Assembly: GCA_027604505.1 (NCBI GenBank)
Contig: JADIIX010000105.1
Coordinates: 1-64,000 of the forward strand
Reading direction: 5' to 3'
Length of the DNA: 64,000 nucleotides
DNA from: Gonapodya sp. JEL0774
Lineage: Eukaryota
Shown: positions 12,452 through 26,157 of the stretch, one piece after another
Layout of the letters: each line of letters starts with the position of its first letter
How positions within the stretch are numbered: the first letter of the stretch is position 1
Notes under the pieces: generated by a model
What the model was told of the DNA's origin: nothing
The model's input: only the letters and a program-made list of their open reading frames with translations
Databases searched by the model: none
Made by a program: the position numbers and the translations under genes

Positions 12452-13330
12452 TCAACTTTTCACTTCCCGATTTATTTCTACTGCACAAAAGTCATCCTCC
12501 TGAACTAGTTTTCGCTCTCCTGTTTGTTCCGAGACCAACCGAAAAACTCCCAACATCGCCATATCACAACCTCCTAACAACCAACACATTCCAGTGTTAG
12601 CCAAAAAGGATCCAGATTTGGCACCCACTATCCAGCACATCGCGTTGTCCACGAACAAACACGCCAATGCTGTCAGTGCGCCGAAGAATACGAGACGGCC
12701 GGCAAATGAGGAAGGGCAGTTCACCTCAGATCTTTATCATGGTAGGGATCACGGTGGGAATCATTAGAACGGCAGCACATCCAACAGTCCCAAGATTAGT
12801 CAGCTCCGAGGTCCAAGGTAAGGGACAGAGTCCGGCGCGGCGGTCGAATTGAAGGTTGAGGAAGAGAATTGCCAAGAAGAGAGTGGGTTGACGCAGACGT
12901 TGGTGACTAAGGAAACCGGTTACGTTGAAGGGCGAGGACTCGAAACAGAGAGCCATAAGATTCAACGCCGAGCACGCCGTGCAGACAATTTCCAGAATGC
13001 GAAATATCTCCCTAACGGGATTGTATTTTGATAATAGATTGTGACAAGCGATGCTTTTGACGTTCATGCAGGCGAAAAAGAGGAGCGCTGGACGTAGATG
13101 GGATGAGTCAGCACCGGTGGAGTGCAGCTTTGACATCCCGATTGCAATCCCTGTCACCTGGAATGGCAAAAGCCATGGATTTCGGATGCCGCGAAGGCCG
13201 ATCAAGGCACCCGCTGCACGTGGTACGGCTGTGGGAGGTGGCTCAGCATTCGGGCAGGACCACTCGTCGAGGGACAAGGTGGAGGAGGTGATGGTGAGTA
13301 GGAGTGAAGGGAGGGAAAGAAGTCACTAAT
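12452..13330 (-). CDS. Possible multi-pass membrane protein (gene model unresolved, possibly degenerate)
   Basis: Adjacent hydrophobic ORFs 12726-13277 and 12452-12724 in different frames. No family recognised. Confidence 0.3.
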
Positions 13331-14033
13331 GAATTCGAGGAGGAAGTGTCAATCGGTTGCCGACCATTTGATGAATATAAAAGCTTGTGTAAATTATTGA
13401 TCGATTCCTGGACCACTACATAACAGAACATCTGTGACGCAGTAACTCCACAAATCTTACATAATTTATATCAGGTATACACTGGAATTGCTAGGAGCAC
13501 GTGGATTGGCCACAATTTCCGCGATACATACTGCAAGGAGATGAGGAAGACTGATCACCTTCCAGTGTTTAGAGTGCGTTATTACTACCAATGCCAATGT
13601 GAGTAGAGTGAGTGCGTTCGTGTTTTGTTGATGGTTCATCTTCATCATCATTCTGCGAAGGACGCAATCGGCGGAGGTGCATGTATTCACGTTAATATGG
13701 AAACGTACCCATTGATGCCGCAATACATGATTGAAGTAGAGCTGATATGGCACTCGCACTCGTATTGCAACCTAATGAAAACACCACAGGACGATGTTTT
13801 GTTCCGGGAATGGAAATGAATGGACTTGTCCTTTTTTCAGGGACCCAACTGCATAAGCCCCATTGACGCACAAGAAATCCTCAGTGCCCAGGAATAGCGG
13901 GCTCAAGACCGTCAAGACCACATTCCATCCGCGACCGAAAAAAGAGTCCTGCATCTGCACTTCGTTTGGGCCGTTGGGTCGTGTCCGTTATTGTTCCTGC
14001 GAAAGTCATCGCCCACAAAGCACGGCTTCCACA

Positions 14034-15271
14034 ATGCCCGCACGCACTCGCACGAAACCATCAACTCTGCCCGCTTGGCTAGTTGCAGCGGCCATCTCCG
14101 TTTTGCTCTTGCTCCCTTCCCATACTCTCGCTTGGGCGAACGAGCCACCATCGCCCCCCGCAAATCCAGACCAATATCTCCCATACTGCCCGACCCCTCC
14201 AAACGTGGACTGGTACCAGTACTGGGGTCGAACCAAAACCGCAGCTGTTCCTTCTAAGCGCCACGAGGTAGCGCCGAGAAACGTTTGTGAACCTCCACCA
14301 CTACCCCCTTGCCCCAACCAGGATTCGTCGTCCGATCCCGGCCCAAACGCGGGGCCCCACGGAGACTCGTGGTACCATGCAAAACGGAGGCGGCACATAT
14401 GCTTGCTGTATTGCAAGCAGGGTGAGGTGTATGGGTGTCTTCCAAAGGTGAGTGACCGAGTTACTGTAGGATCAAACCTTTCGCCCAGAAAGAAGCACTT
14501 CGTTCGCAATGTCGTTAATCAAACCGAGAGGATGAAGGAGATTTTACAGGAGAGGTCAATGGAATTGAGGATTGGATTCCCTTTTTGCGTAGTCTTTTGC
14601 CACAAAATGTTCCTGGCATCGGGGTTTCTGAGCTTTCCCAGAGTAATATGGAACAATCACTGTTCTTGCTAAGCTTTGGCCATTGTACTGCCTTTCTCCA
14701 TCACTGCGACCGCTCCCTCTGACCCCTCGCTGGCCGATATCCAAAGTCCTGGAACGATCCTCCATTCAACTACCCCCCGGCCACCCCTCCTCCTCCACCA
14801 AAAGATGGAGGTGATGGCAAAACTACTGGAGGAGGCAGCGGGACTATTGTTGGAGGAGAGGGCCAGACACCTTCGGCCTCTGGGGGAGGAGGCACTGCGG
14901 GGTCCACCAAGACCGTGACTGGTGCGACAACGGAAGTTGTATCCGGGAAAACCTCTTCACCAACGGCACAGTCCACCTCAGTCTCTATTTCCTCTTCCTA
15001 TTCTTCCCTCTCAACCTCCACACCTGCTGCTTCGCCATCATCCTCTTCTCCATCCTTTCCCTCCGTGTCTCCCACTCCTTCATCAACCCCTCAAAACTCC
15101 ACGTCTGCACCGGCGGATAGACCATTCACCCAATCAACAGGCTTCATTGCCACGGTCTCGGGCATCGGAGCGCTCTTGCTGTTGGGCGGGGGAGTCTGGT
15201 GGGGGGGAGAGCGATGGAGCAGTGCGAGGGTCCGGGATTTGGGAGGAAGGGGTGTACCGGCAACCATCTGA
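14034..15271 (+). CDS. Type I membrane protein: signal peptide, Cys-rich ectodomain with KR sites, Gly/Ser/Thr stalk, TM, short tail
   Basis: WLVAAAISVLLLLPSHTLA signal; Cys-containing exon ending CLPK|gtgagt; second exon SWNDPPFNYPP..Ser/Thr-rich..FIATVSGIGALLLLGGGVWW. Confidence 0.65.
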
Positions 15272-15960
15272 TGGGATGAAAGGACGAAATCAGAGGATGA
15301 CATTTGGCAGTGATCGCAATCGCAGCAATGAGTGAGGGCGACGCGCCCCTTATTTATGGAATTATGGAATGGTCTGTGAATTGATTGATGCTGGTTGATT
15401 GAGTGGTGAAACAGACGGGGCCGCAAAATTGCGTGCGGCACTTGCTGGTCGCCAGTATCCATTCTCAATGAGTGGACGAGCTGATGGTTGGACATTGACT
15501 CGGTGATGATATGCTTTGAAAAGGAGACACAGTGGTGAGCCCGGAATCAGAATTATTTTACCCATTCGAACTTCCTGTGTCGGTGTTGTAGCATACTGTT
15601 TCTCGTCGTTTTCTTGTGTCTTTATTGGAGACGCCGTACTGTTGGGATTTACTTGGTGTTACTGTAATATTATCATGATGTTCGTATAGAAGTGTCACAT
15701 AATAGTAACATCACGGGCCGTACCGAAGTTGCAATGGGGTGTTGGAATAGGCCTGTGGATTTCGCACGGGGAACAACCGACTTCAGGGACTGGTGTCACC
15801 CATAACGTCAAACAACAGGAAATTATAGCACTCAATGATTGTAGTTGGATGCATTAACGTGTGTGTGGTTCATTACAGAATCCTAATCCGTATATAAAGG
15901 AAGAAATACGACATGATGGAAAAAACAAAACAACCTCGTTTTCTCGGTACCCAGGTAGGC

Positions 15961-17782
15961 CTACTCTTTGAGATTCTCGTACTTCGCATTCAGACGCTGT
16001 GAAATCAGGGAAACCGGACCATGATTGGAAGATAGCAAGACAACTCACCGATAGGTTAAACGCACCTTTGAAATCTCTTCACAAAGAATCTCCCACAATC
16101 TTCCGTCGGCTTTGTTTTGTTGTCGATCGGGATAGTAGTGTATCACTGCCTGCCTCACCGTCTTTTTCAAAGTGCCGGATTCGGTCGGCCCCATCACCAG
16201 ACCCTCTCCTTTGGGCGGATGAGTGGCATACACGTGCGTCAGCAGATCCACTGTGCCCTTGTCTGAGGCAGCATCCAGTGCGGCAAGCTCGGATGTAAGC
16301 TGAGCAAGGAAGGGCTCCTTCTCCTTCTGGGCGGCTGTTTGTTCACGCTCAGCGAGATAGGCACGGTGAGCAATCATGGAGTTTGTGGCAAGCTGGTACC
16401 ATGGACGCGTTGTGAGGTCCCGAGGGTACAGGGTCTGGAGAATGATTTCGAGACGGAGATGAGTATACCACCAACCCACGGCACTCCATCCTGGAAAGGA
16501 CACATTTCAACTCACTTGAGCAAGCTCCACACACCTCAGAAAGCATGCATGTGCCCTTCCTGCGTCTTTTAGGACATCCTTCCAGACCCGTCCCATTCTA
16601 CTGAAAGCAATTGCCTCGTTTTCAACATCCAGCTCCCTCGTCAACAGTGCCGACTGTTTGTAGTGATCGTATGCTGCCCATACACCTTCAATAGTGAGCT
16701 CTTCGGAGCCCTTTGTTGCAATATTGAGTATCCTGTCACCGTTTTCCCTTTCGTGCACTGATTGAACGGTTTTTCTCAAGAGTTCCACGTCCTCATGAAG
16801 GGCAAGAATTTCTTCGGTAAGCTCGCTTTCATCGTGTGATCCCCTGGCAAATCGTTCTGCTTGCGACAACGGCTCGTTGATGTCAGCGAGGAGACTCAGA
16901 CACACATAGTGTTTCGGTCTCCCTCCTACAGTGGTTTCCTCACTCTCGCTGATCGAGACAGCCCGATGTAGAATCTTTTGCGCCGTATCCACATACAGTC
17001 TTGCAGCCGGTGCGAACGGAGGTGGGACCGCTGCGTTCCCGTGCGCATCAAAAACTCTGCACAACGACCTCAAGTGCGAGACATGAATCCGCTCGACGTG
17101 CGAGTCGGGAATAGCGTAAATGACAAGTTTGGCGTGATCAAGCACTTGAATTGCGTGCTCTTCGATGGAATCGATCCACTGCTGGGGTTTGGAAGCTCCA
17201 GAGGCAACAAGCCGGTTGCGACCAACAGCGAGAGACAGGTGCAGGAGAGATTCTTTGATGCTATACATGTACGCCGTAAGCTTGCTTCCAGTGAGTATAG
17301 TCTTTACTGGGCCTGGACCGACAAGAGTTACCGTCATGAACTTGGAAACAGCGCGCTTCGTGTCCCACCGTCGGGCTCATCCTCATCATCGGACTCACAG
17401 TCCTCCCACTCATCACTCGCAGAGCGCATTATAGCATCATTGATCGACCGTTCTTCGTCCAGTAAGATTAGTTCCGCAACTCGAAAGTGGGCAAGTGATA
17501 TGTTCTTTAATGTGGACAGGTACTCGTCGGCAGAGCTGGCAAGGTTCAGGGCTTCATAATACTTTTTTAGAGCCTCTTTGTATTTGTATTCACGGGAGGA
17601 AAACCCGAAGCTGGCGGTCTTCCGTTTGGGGAAGGTTTGTGAGTTGGAACAATATCAACAGTCCAGCACCACATGCACGAAGCATACCTTCCCCTGTGAG
17701 TATAAAAGATTGCCCTCCTTCCGAGCTGCGAGATGCGCTTGAGAATTACCGAGCCTGGGCGCCGTGGGTAGATTGATACCAT
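15961..17782 (-). CDS. TPR-repeat protein with C-terminal J-domain-like module
   Basis: RKEGNLLYSQGK..YKEALKKYYEALN (TPR); ENEAIAFSRMGRVWKDVLK; LKKTVRQAVIHYYPDR..WEILCEEISK|RLNAKYENLKE*. The start codon is uncertain. Confidence 0.75.
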
Positions 17783-18060
17783 TTTAGAGCGAACCCAGAC
17801 AGTTATCAAAGGGAACATTCGTTTTCAAACAAGATCGAGCACGGGCTTTGGAGGTCTCGTCTCACATTCTCGTAGATTCAACCAAATGTGGAGGGACGAA
17901 ATAGTTAGCGTGGTTCACCAAGCGTTTGCGGGTCAGCTGTGGGAAGGCATTTGCTGTGGCAAGGAACTCAGTTCGCGTGGACCATGCAAGGGCACGTCGC
18001 ATGCAAGTATTATGTATATTATTTTCGCTCCGCTTCGTTTCGACATTCACCATACAGTTT

Positions 18061-19679
18061 TCAAATCTTGCCCTGCATGTCTAACACATGGTAACCAGAC
18101 CGTGGGAAATGGGTGACCACGTAGAGCCCACGTTCTGTTGCGAGTGGCAAACCAGTTGGATGATGAGAAAAGTCGGAGAGTAGTCACAAGATGCTTGATT
18201 GCTTACCGTTTTTCCAACGAACACTGATTGTGGTTGCATTGCTTCCGTCTGAGGAAAGACCAAAAAGAGTGTTTCGAGCACACATTTGGTAGTGCCAAAT
18301 AGAATGCGTGCACTCACACAACTCCCCCGTTACTACAGGGCCCCTCCCCAACATTGCTTGATCCTCAGGCACCACCCCCACAATATCCCCCACCTTCCTC
18401 CCGTTGGCATCCTTGGGGTCGGTGCCAAGAGACTGCGCAAATGCGCCGCTGCGACTAGCTAGCTCGGCGACGGCGTACGCAGTTTCACTGGAAACAAGTG
18501 GCACATTAGGAACTTCATACGGGTTAGGAGATGTAAAGCCCAGTGATGTGACTCGTTTGTACCAGCGGAATATGTTGGGGTACTTTGGTGGTTGCAAAGT
18601 CAATTCAAAGATGCACAAGCAACTAGCAGAGCACCATTCGGATCAACGCAACGTACATTTTGTTCGTTGAATGTGTTCGGCTCCATAGCAAACATCGCAG
18701 CGAACCGAATCGGAGTCCAGCATTGGACGTCCGCCAAGTGCACGTTCTCGGTGCTCAAAACCCAGCCAGTCTTGCTGGACGCGAGTTGGGTCTCAAGGAA
18801 ATCGAGATGCACACGAAATTGGTCACGAGCACGTGGTTGGTTGGCAACGATTGCCTCAGGGTTGATACCTTAGCAAACCGCGGATGTCTGATAGTTAATT
18901 ATCGGCGTTGTAAAATGCAGATCAAAACCACTCCCAACAGGAACACTCACGTCCGCCACTCAGCTGCTCACGATCTTTGATGAATGCCTGAGGAATCTGC
19001 ACGTCGCTCTTCCATGGCATTAGTCCAACCGCCGCTCCGAAGAACAGCTTGTCACTCCAGACGTGGAGTGCATAGCTCATTCCTTCGTGCTCACCAGAAC
19101 CACGAAGGGACGGTGTAGGGTACCTGGTATTGGAAACATGTGTTCCAAGATTCTCTCGTAGGTACGCAAAGAGCAGCGCTGCACTTTCTGTACCTTCTCT
19201 CTAGCTCACGGATAATGCAATTGGTGTCGCAATACACATCGGCACCAATCTGAAGAATTGGAATCCGACGATAGCCGCCAGAGAGGTCCGGAGTCAAGTT
19301 TCTATAAGAGGAATGACATAACTTTCCGTGAGATTTCTCAGCTAGTTCTCAGCTAACATGGTGTCTGAATTGCAATGAAGACTAATTTTCTCGGAACTTA
19401 CGGTCGGGGCATAATGTTGGACGTCCGATCGTACACCCAATTAATACCCTTGATTTGCAGATAGAGCATAATCTAGACTCAATTCATACAGGCGATTCCA
19501 GCAGATTGTAGCAAAAGACAAGTCATTGAGCAAGATTTCGGTCAAACGGGATCAGTTCAAGATTCCAATGAAAAAAATGGTGATTCCGACAGCACCTTTT
19601 GAGCATACGGACTGCCATCGTAGCCATGAAATATGGGAGTCGAGAGAAGCGTTGATGGATCCGTGATGGTTTCGGGCAT
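18061..19679 (-). CDS. Glutathione S-transferase family protein
   Basis: HGYDGSPYAQK|..IMPRP|..GGYRRIPILQIGADVYCDTNCII; VHLADVQCW; C-terminal VVTHFPRSGY. Confidence 0.88.
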
Positions 19680-20211
19680 TTCGTTTAAAATGTAAAGTTG
19701 TTGGAATCGGGAGGTGTGTTCCGATCCCCATCTCTATGGGGGATCGCGTAGCCACATTCCCCCTAATCCTCCACTCAACAAATATGTACCTGATTCGGTC
19801 ATAAGATTCATTGGGTACGCGAGAAACTCAAGTGTTTCGTTTTTACCTACTAAATGATTTCAAAATCGGAGACAATGAAATGGTCATCAGCTGTGTCTTT
19901 GATGGGACTTAGTATATTTGCGTCCCTCCAACACTCCCACTGACTGTCATCTCGATGTAACGAAGATGGCCCTTATGTGACATCAAAATGGCCAGCCTGA
20001 ATCGAAAATCCGCCATAACTTCTGCGGCAAAGAAGACGTGGCATCTTTCGGCTGAAGTCTCGGCAAAAACTTCGAAAGGAAAAACGGGAGAATCAAATGC
20101 TTGATAAATGCGATTCGAGGATGATTGCTCAGTTCTTCGACCGCAACATCAATCTACACGTGTTTCTGGTCATTCTACAACTGGGCTCCTGCTGGTAATA
20201 TCGTCCTCTCA

Positions 20212-21539
20212 ATGACCAAATCATCCGTCTTCTCCGCCATCCCTCTTTCATCTCTTCCTCCCGGATCGTCCCTTGATGATCTTACCACACCCGTCTCGGT
20301 GGTGCCCAAATTACCTCTCACACGGGCTGCCATTCTTCACCACCTACGGCACCTGATCGTTGCAGAGCGCAACTATGTCGATAATGACCCGGAGCAGGCG
20401 ATGGGTCCCTGGTCAGCCGAAGCAGCTCTGGAAATGGTTGGCCAGGGCACCGATGAGGGCGTTAGAGTAGACGTGGAAGTTGTGGTGGTAGAAGATCCCA
20501 CAAATGACGGTTGCGACGAAACCGCTTCTAGCGTTCTCGCTGGAGTTATCAAAACCACTACAGACTACGGCACTGGCAAGTGCATGCTTACTGTCATGGC
20601 AGATCCAGCACGTGACGTTCTCATGTACCAACAGCTCACGGAGTTTGCAGTGAGGTCAACCAAGAGTTCCTTGGAGGAATCTGTTACCGCGGGCAAATTC
20701 GATGCAAAACTTTCCGTGTGGCTTGATGTTAGTATGGATGCAAGAATTAAATGGTGGGAGGACATTGCGGAGATGAATGGTGCGTCGGCATGATGTGGCA
20801 CTGCTAATGGTGTGGAGCTGAAGCATATCAACTTCCCTCTCGCCACCTCGCTCCGGGTGTATCGCCGTGTCCAGGTCTCACCGCCGTCCGCACGTTCAAA
20901 GTCCTCCGCAAGGACCTCGATCCACTCACAGGTCCTTCACCATCTGGTGACGACTGCTCGGCTCTGGAAAGCACCGACTCCGAATTATCTCGATTGGGGC
21001 TCAAGCTTCGCCCATACGAGTCCTCGAGGGATGCCATTGCAGTGCATGCTTGCCAACAAGAAGCCTTCCGGGACCACTACGGCCACATTAAGGACGAGCC
21101 TTTTGACGCGTGGCTCAAAGATGTTGAAGGCCCGGGGCAAGGATATGACCCGTCTTTGTTCACCATTGCATGGGCAGATTCTGTTCCACCACCAGTGGAG
21201 GTTGACGCACTCCTCCATGCCTCCGCACGGGATCGCCAACCTATCGTTGCTGGTGGCGTACTTGCATACGATCGTGACTACACGGTCCCTGGTAAGGCCT
21301 TCCTCTACCTAGTGTTTGTTCGTCGGGCATTCCGCAACCGTGGAGTGGGTACTGCTCTCCTGCTTAGCACGTTTGCCAAGCTTCGAAGTCGGGGATACAC
21401 CCACGTGGTTCTTGCAGTCGACTCAAACAGCAAGACGAGGGCGGGAGAGATGTATGCGAAGGTGGGAATGTACACTGTGAGGGAGAGGAAGGTGTGGAGA
21501 GTGATTGTGAGGAAGGGCGAGTCTGGGCCTCCGGAGTGA
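20212..21539 (+). CDS. Tandem-GNAT N-acetyltransferase (bacterial-like), single intron
   Basis: EAFRDHYG; acetyl-CoA motif VFVRRAFRNRGVGTALL; LAVDSNSKTRAGEMYAKVGM. One intron at ~20779-20874 joins the two ORFs in phase. Confidence 0.85.
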
Positions 21540-22368
21540 ATGAGCAAGCTATTGAAGTCGGTCAGCTGGGTTGGCAAGATGAATAGACCCAGATTATGGC
21601 AAAATATTCAAAGGTTTGCTGCCAACAGTATCCCGAGGTGAACAAAGGCCAGGAAGCTGAAAGCCAATTTAAACAGTCGACCAACTGAACCCCTCGAGCC
21701 GGATGGGCGAGAAAGGTGGGGACGAAGAACTTGCACTGTCTTTTTGAATTTTGCAACGTACACAACTGCACCACTTGACCAGTGGATTCAACAGCACCGA
21801 TACCAAAGAAAGAAAGAAGTCGATGGCAGTACAAGGATTATATATATGCAGAAGCATATCGTACCGAAGATGCTCTCAAGATTCGAATTGCGTCCATCTC
21901 TGGCGGACCTGTGGATCACAATAGCTCCCATGTAATGTAATAAGCGGAAGGCGATGGCATTGCGTATGGTGACCAGAACCAAAAAATAGAAGTAGATCAA
22001 GGTGGTGACGTTGAGTGACATGCCTAGCAGTAGGTGGATCAGCGTGCAGAGTTTATGCTTCAAAACAAGTCGTGTTCCCACGCAAGAGTTGGTGAAGTCC
22101 GCTCACTACTATTCAAAGCTCAACAACCCAGCAAAAGCAAAATCAAACGTTGTAAAGCATTCTAGAATATTAAACGTCAAAGCTTGTTCGTGGGCAAAAA
22201 AAGCGGGAGACCCCAACCAATCCGAGAGTGTCCGCGACTGTGGCACATTACTGCCCCATTCACCCGTGGTCTCCACCAACTCTCAACGTATCTCAAAATG
22301 CAAGTTCAAGTCCCCACCGTTCGATTATGGCAACTCAAACCCCCGCTCGCCTTCTGAACCGGAAGCTC

Positions 22369-25300
22369 TCACACCTGCGTCCCTCCCACACCCACGCCGC
22401 CCACACCCACGCCGCCGCCCACTTCCTCCACGACCACGGCCGTGACATCCACTCCACCACCCACGATCCCGTTCCCGTTCCCGTTCCCGCTCCCGTTCAC
22501 CTCTCCCTCCTCCTTCTCTTCCTCCTCCCTCTTCCGCCGCTCGACCTCGCCCACACTCAGCATCATGGTCACCCCGAACGCGGCGAGGAGGACAAACGAC
22601 GCGGCGAACATGACGAGTCGTTCCCGGCGGAGGGTGACGAGGTGGCCGTAGAATATGGGGAATGTGAGTTGGGCGACTTTGGGGGGGGGCAGAGGGAGGG
22701 CGGTTGGTCGATTACACGCGTCGTGAAGGTGCGGGTGTCACACCACCGGCAGTGGGTGAAGACTGGAAAAGGCACTATCACAACTCACGGATACCCCCGA
22801 CTCCCTCCACGACCTGCAAAGCGGAAAACACTCTGGCCTGCTGGTCAGCTCCTGCGAGCGTGGACAACAAGCCCCGTGTGGCCGGTGTGCCCAGGGCGTG
22901 ACAGAGCGGGGCGAGGATGACCGAGGCTGTCCCAAGGGGTTGCGTAGTGCGGGTGGACGGTAAAAAAAAAAAAAAAAAAAAAAAGGCAAGGAAAAATGAA
23001 ATCAAGCTTGTGGGAGTGTCCCCCCCCAGATTTCCCAGAAACCTACCGACGACAATGTGCCAACCTTGTGTGGCCAGGGCGAACAGGATGTAAATCACCA
23101 CGTCGCCCAAGAACGCGATCCTGATGAACCACACTTCGTGGGCAGAACCGAGGACGCGCTGCGAAAAACCCAATGTATTTTGATTCACTTTCGGCCTTCA
23201 CGTCCTTCCCGCAAAACGAAAACACAAGCGACACGACACGTCCGGCACTCGCAACCCCCCGCGGACATCCCTCCGGCCACACATGTCGCACCACACCCCT
23301 ACACCTCCACAACCCCCAAACCCGGACCCACCTTCCCCCACCCGACCGCCCACGGCAAGAACCCCACCAAGGCGAACACCTCGCTGACGGCCAAGAGCGA
23401 GATGAACATGCCCAGCTCGAACGCGCCCCAGTCGAATTCGAGACGAGTGTAGAGGACCATGACGACGGTATGGTGTGNNNNNNNNNNCTCAGGGGGGGGG
23501 GGGTGGGGGGGTTGGGTGCGGAGGTGGGATGAACACCTTTAAGCTGCGCCACGACCGCACCGCTATCCACCCGTGCATCCCCGACCTACATACCGGCCCT
23601 CCCTCCCGCTGTCCCGATGGTATACAACAACATGGCCCCCACGAGCACGGTGCGGGCCCAGTTGTCCCCACCAAGGGTGTCCACGAGGTGTTTGACGGGG
23701 GTCCACACACCCACACCGACACCCACACCGCTGGTACCTTCACGAGCCACCACCGACAGCTCGGGAGGCGGGGCGGAGGGGGACGGGGACGGGAGCGTGG
23801 TGGGGCGTTTCGGAGGGTCCCGGACCACGAGCAGGACGTAGACGAGGACGGTGAGGTCGAGCGCGAGGGCGAAGAAGAAGGGGGTGACATTGGAGGAGGA
23901 GAGCTGGAGGGCGGGGGGAAGGGCGGGTGCGTCGGCACGGCACGGCCAGAGACGAAAAAAATGTTGGCGGAAACAAGGCCCGCACCTTGACGATGATCCC
24001 TCCTGCTGCGGGACCGACGAGCATCGAAATCATCTGACGGGTGGGAGGGTGGGAGGGGGTGGGGGGGGGGGGGGGGGGGACCGGGCAAGTGTGTGCGGGT
24101 GGGTGGGTGGGAGGTACGGTGGTGCAGTGAGTCTGGGCCAACCATGCACCACATCACGACCACCCCCGTCCCCATCCCCGTTCCCGGTCCCGTTCCCGTT
24201 CCACCACAACCACACTCCACACCCCGCTTGATCCCGCGCCGCCCCGGTATCCCACTCCCTCCGACGTGCAGTATTTGGGATGTGGAAACTGGAACGGTAC
24301 GGGGGTGATTGAGGATCACCGGTCCACCGGCCACCGGCCACCGTCTACATTGCCCCAGCACGCACTGTGCAGCATGCAGCGTGCCGTACACAAAAAACCG
24401 GCACCTACACAACCCCAAACCACGGGTGAGTCCGTCCGTCGGAGGGAGCACCTCGACGCGACGCGCCCTTCATTTCTTCCGTTCCGTGCCGGTCCCGTTG
24501 TCCCCGGTTTGGACCGGCCTGTTTGGACAGGCGTGAGCGTGAGGAGGGAAGTCGGCCACGTCACACCCACCGCGGCGGATGCATCGCATCCCCTTTCATC
24601 CCCCTCATGCGCCCGCCCCCCATGCCCACCCCACCTGGGGTCACCAACCAACTCACCACCACGGCCTGCACCCTGCCCAACACCACGGTCCTCTCACTCC
24701 CCCTACTCGTCACATCGGCCACGAACCCCAGTACCGCCACGCTCACTGCCCCGGCGCCTCCGAAACACGCAGACCCCGCTGCGGCGGCCACGATGCACCA
24801 GAGTGCCGTGGAGGGGGAAATCACACCCACCACCGGCACGCCACCGCCCCCCACCCCCACGCCCGCTGCGGTGTGCATGGCGACGTACGCGATGACGGTG
24901 TCTGCCACGGTTGCGCCGAAGATGGGGAGGTAGAGGAGCGGAGTGCGTCGGCGGGACCAGCGGGTGTCGGAGAGGTGGGCAAGGAGGGGGACAAGGAGGA
25001 GCGGGGGGAGGGAGGAGGAGATGGACAGGAGGGAGGTCCAGGAGGCGGAGGTGGCTGGGAGGGGCAGGGGGAGGGAGGGGGGGGGGTGAGATGAGCGGGT
25101 GGTGGTGGCCACGAGGCCACGAGCGCGCGCAGCACAGCGCGCCCAATCGCTTGCCACACGTGGACCCACCCTGCACAATCGGCGCGTTACATCTTTCAAA
25201 GTCCGTGTCCGGGGAGGTAGCGGAGTTTGTGGGCGGGAGGCTGGTGGGGGGGGGGGGTGTGGGGGGGGGACGTGAAGTTGGAAGTGGGAAGTGGGAAGGT

Positions 25301-26101
25301 GGAAGTGGGAAGTGGGAACTGTGAAGTGGGCGGGGGCCCGGCGCTCGGGGGCTTGGCGTGGGGGCGGGGGGGGCGGGGGGGGGGGCGCCCCCAACAAAGG
25401 GGAAAGGTGAGGAGTGAGGACGGGGCGAGGGATACTTGCGCTATCCGTCCCGCAATTCGCCCACCAACCTCCACCTTCCGGTTCCCCCCCCCCCCTTCCA
25501 AACTCACACATCGTCACAGACCCACTGTATGATGAGCTGTTGGAGAGGGATGAGGACCGCGAGTTGGCCGATCTGGGGGTGTGTGGGGGGGTTGGGATGG
25601 GGTAGGGAGGGATGGGTGAGAGAGGGGTCACGGGGAGAGAAAAAAAAACAAGGAGGAGGAAGAAGGGGGGCGGTGTCGGGAGAGGTTGATGGGGACGGGA
25701 GCGGTGGACGGGAGGTTGGAGGAGGTGCGGTGTGGAGTCTCACGCGTGGTGGTGTGACCAGACGTGCAGGCCGAGTGGGTTGGGGACACGACACGACCAC
25801 AAGAACTCCAAGAACCGCAAGAACCGCAAGCAGGGCGGGATTGGGAGTGCGGATTGGGCATTTGACTCACCAGGAAGAGGCAGAGAGGGAGTCCGACGAC
25901 GTAGAGGAGCTTTGACCAAGCAGCAGAAGCGGAGTGAGAGATGTGAGAGTTTGAGGGGAAGTCTGAAGGGGAGTCTGAGGAGGGGGCGGAGTCTGGATTG
26001 GGGGGGTGGGCCGAGTTTGGAGTGGGAGCATGAGGGAGCAGCGGAGCCCGGGGGTCGTCTGGGTCATGGGACTGGGACTGGGACTGAGACTGGGACGGCA
26101 T
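22369..26101 (-). CDS. Major facilitator superfamily transporter (SLC46/PCFT-like)
   Basis: Multiple TM exons; LAHLSDTRWSRRRTPLL (motif A-like); GFVADVTSRGSERTVVLG; MLVGPAAGGII; RGLLSTLAGADQQARVFSALQVVE. The model spans an assembly gap. Confidence 0.82.
23478..23487. other. Assembly gap (10 N)
   Basis: Run of N inside the MFS gene, next to a poly-G tract. Confidence 1.
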
Positions 26102-26157
26102 AGCGGATGCCGGAGGGAAGGGGGGAAGGGGGGGCTGCTGAGTGGGCAGACTCCAGA

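Noticed and set aside
21788..22081. Hydrophobic minus-strand ORF faintly like a DHHC palmitoyltransferase tail
   Set aside because: No DHHC motif or supporting exons; similarity too weak.
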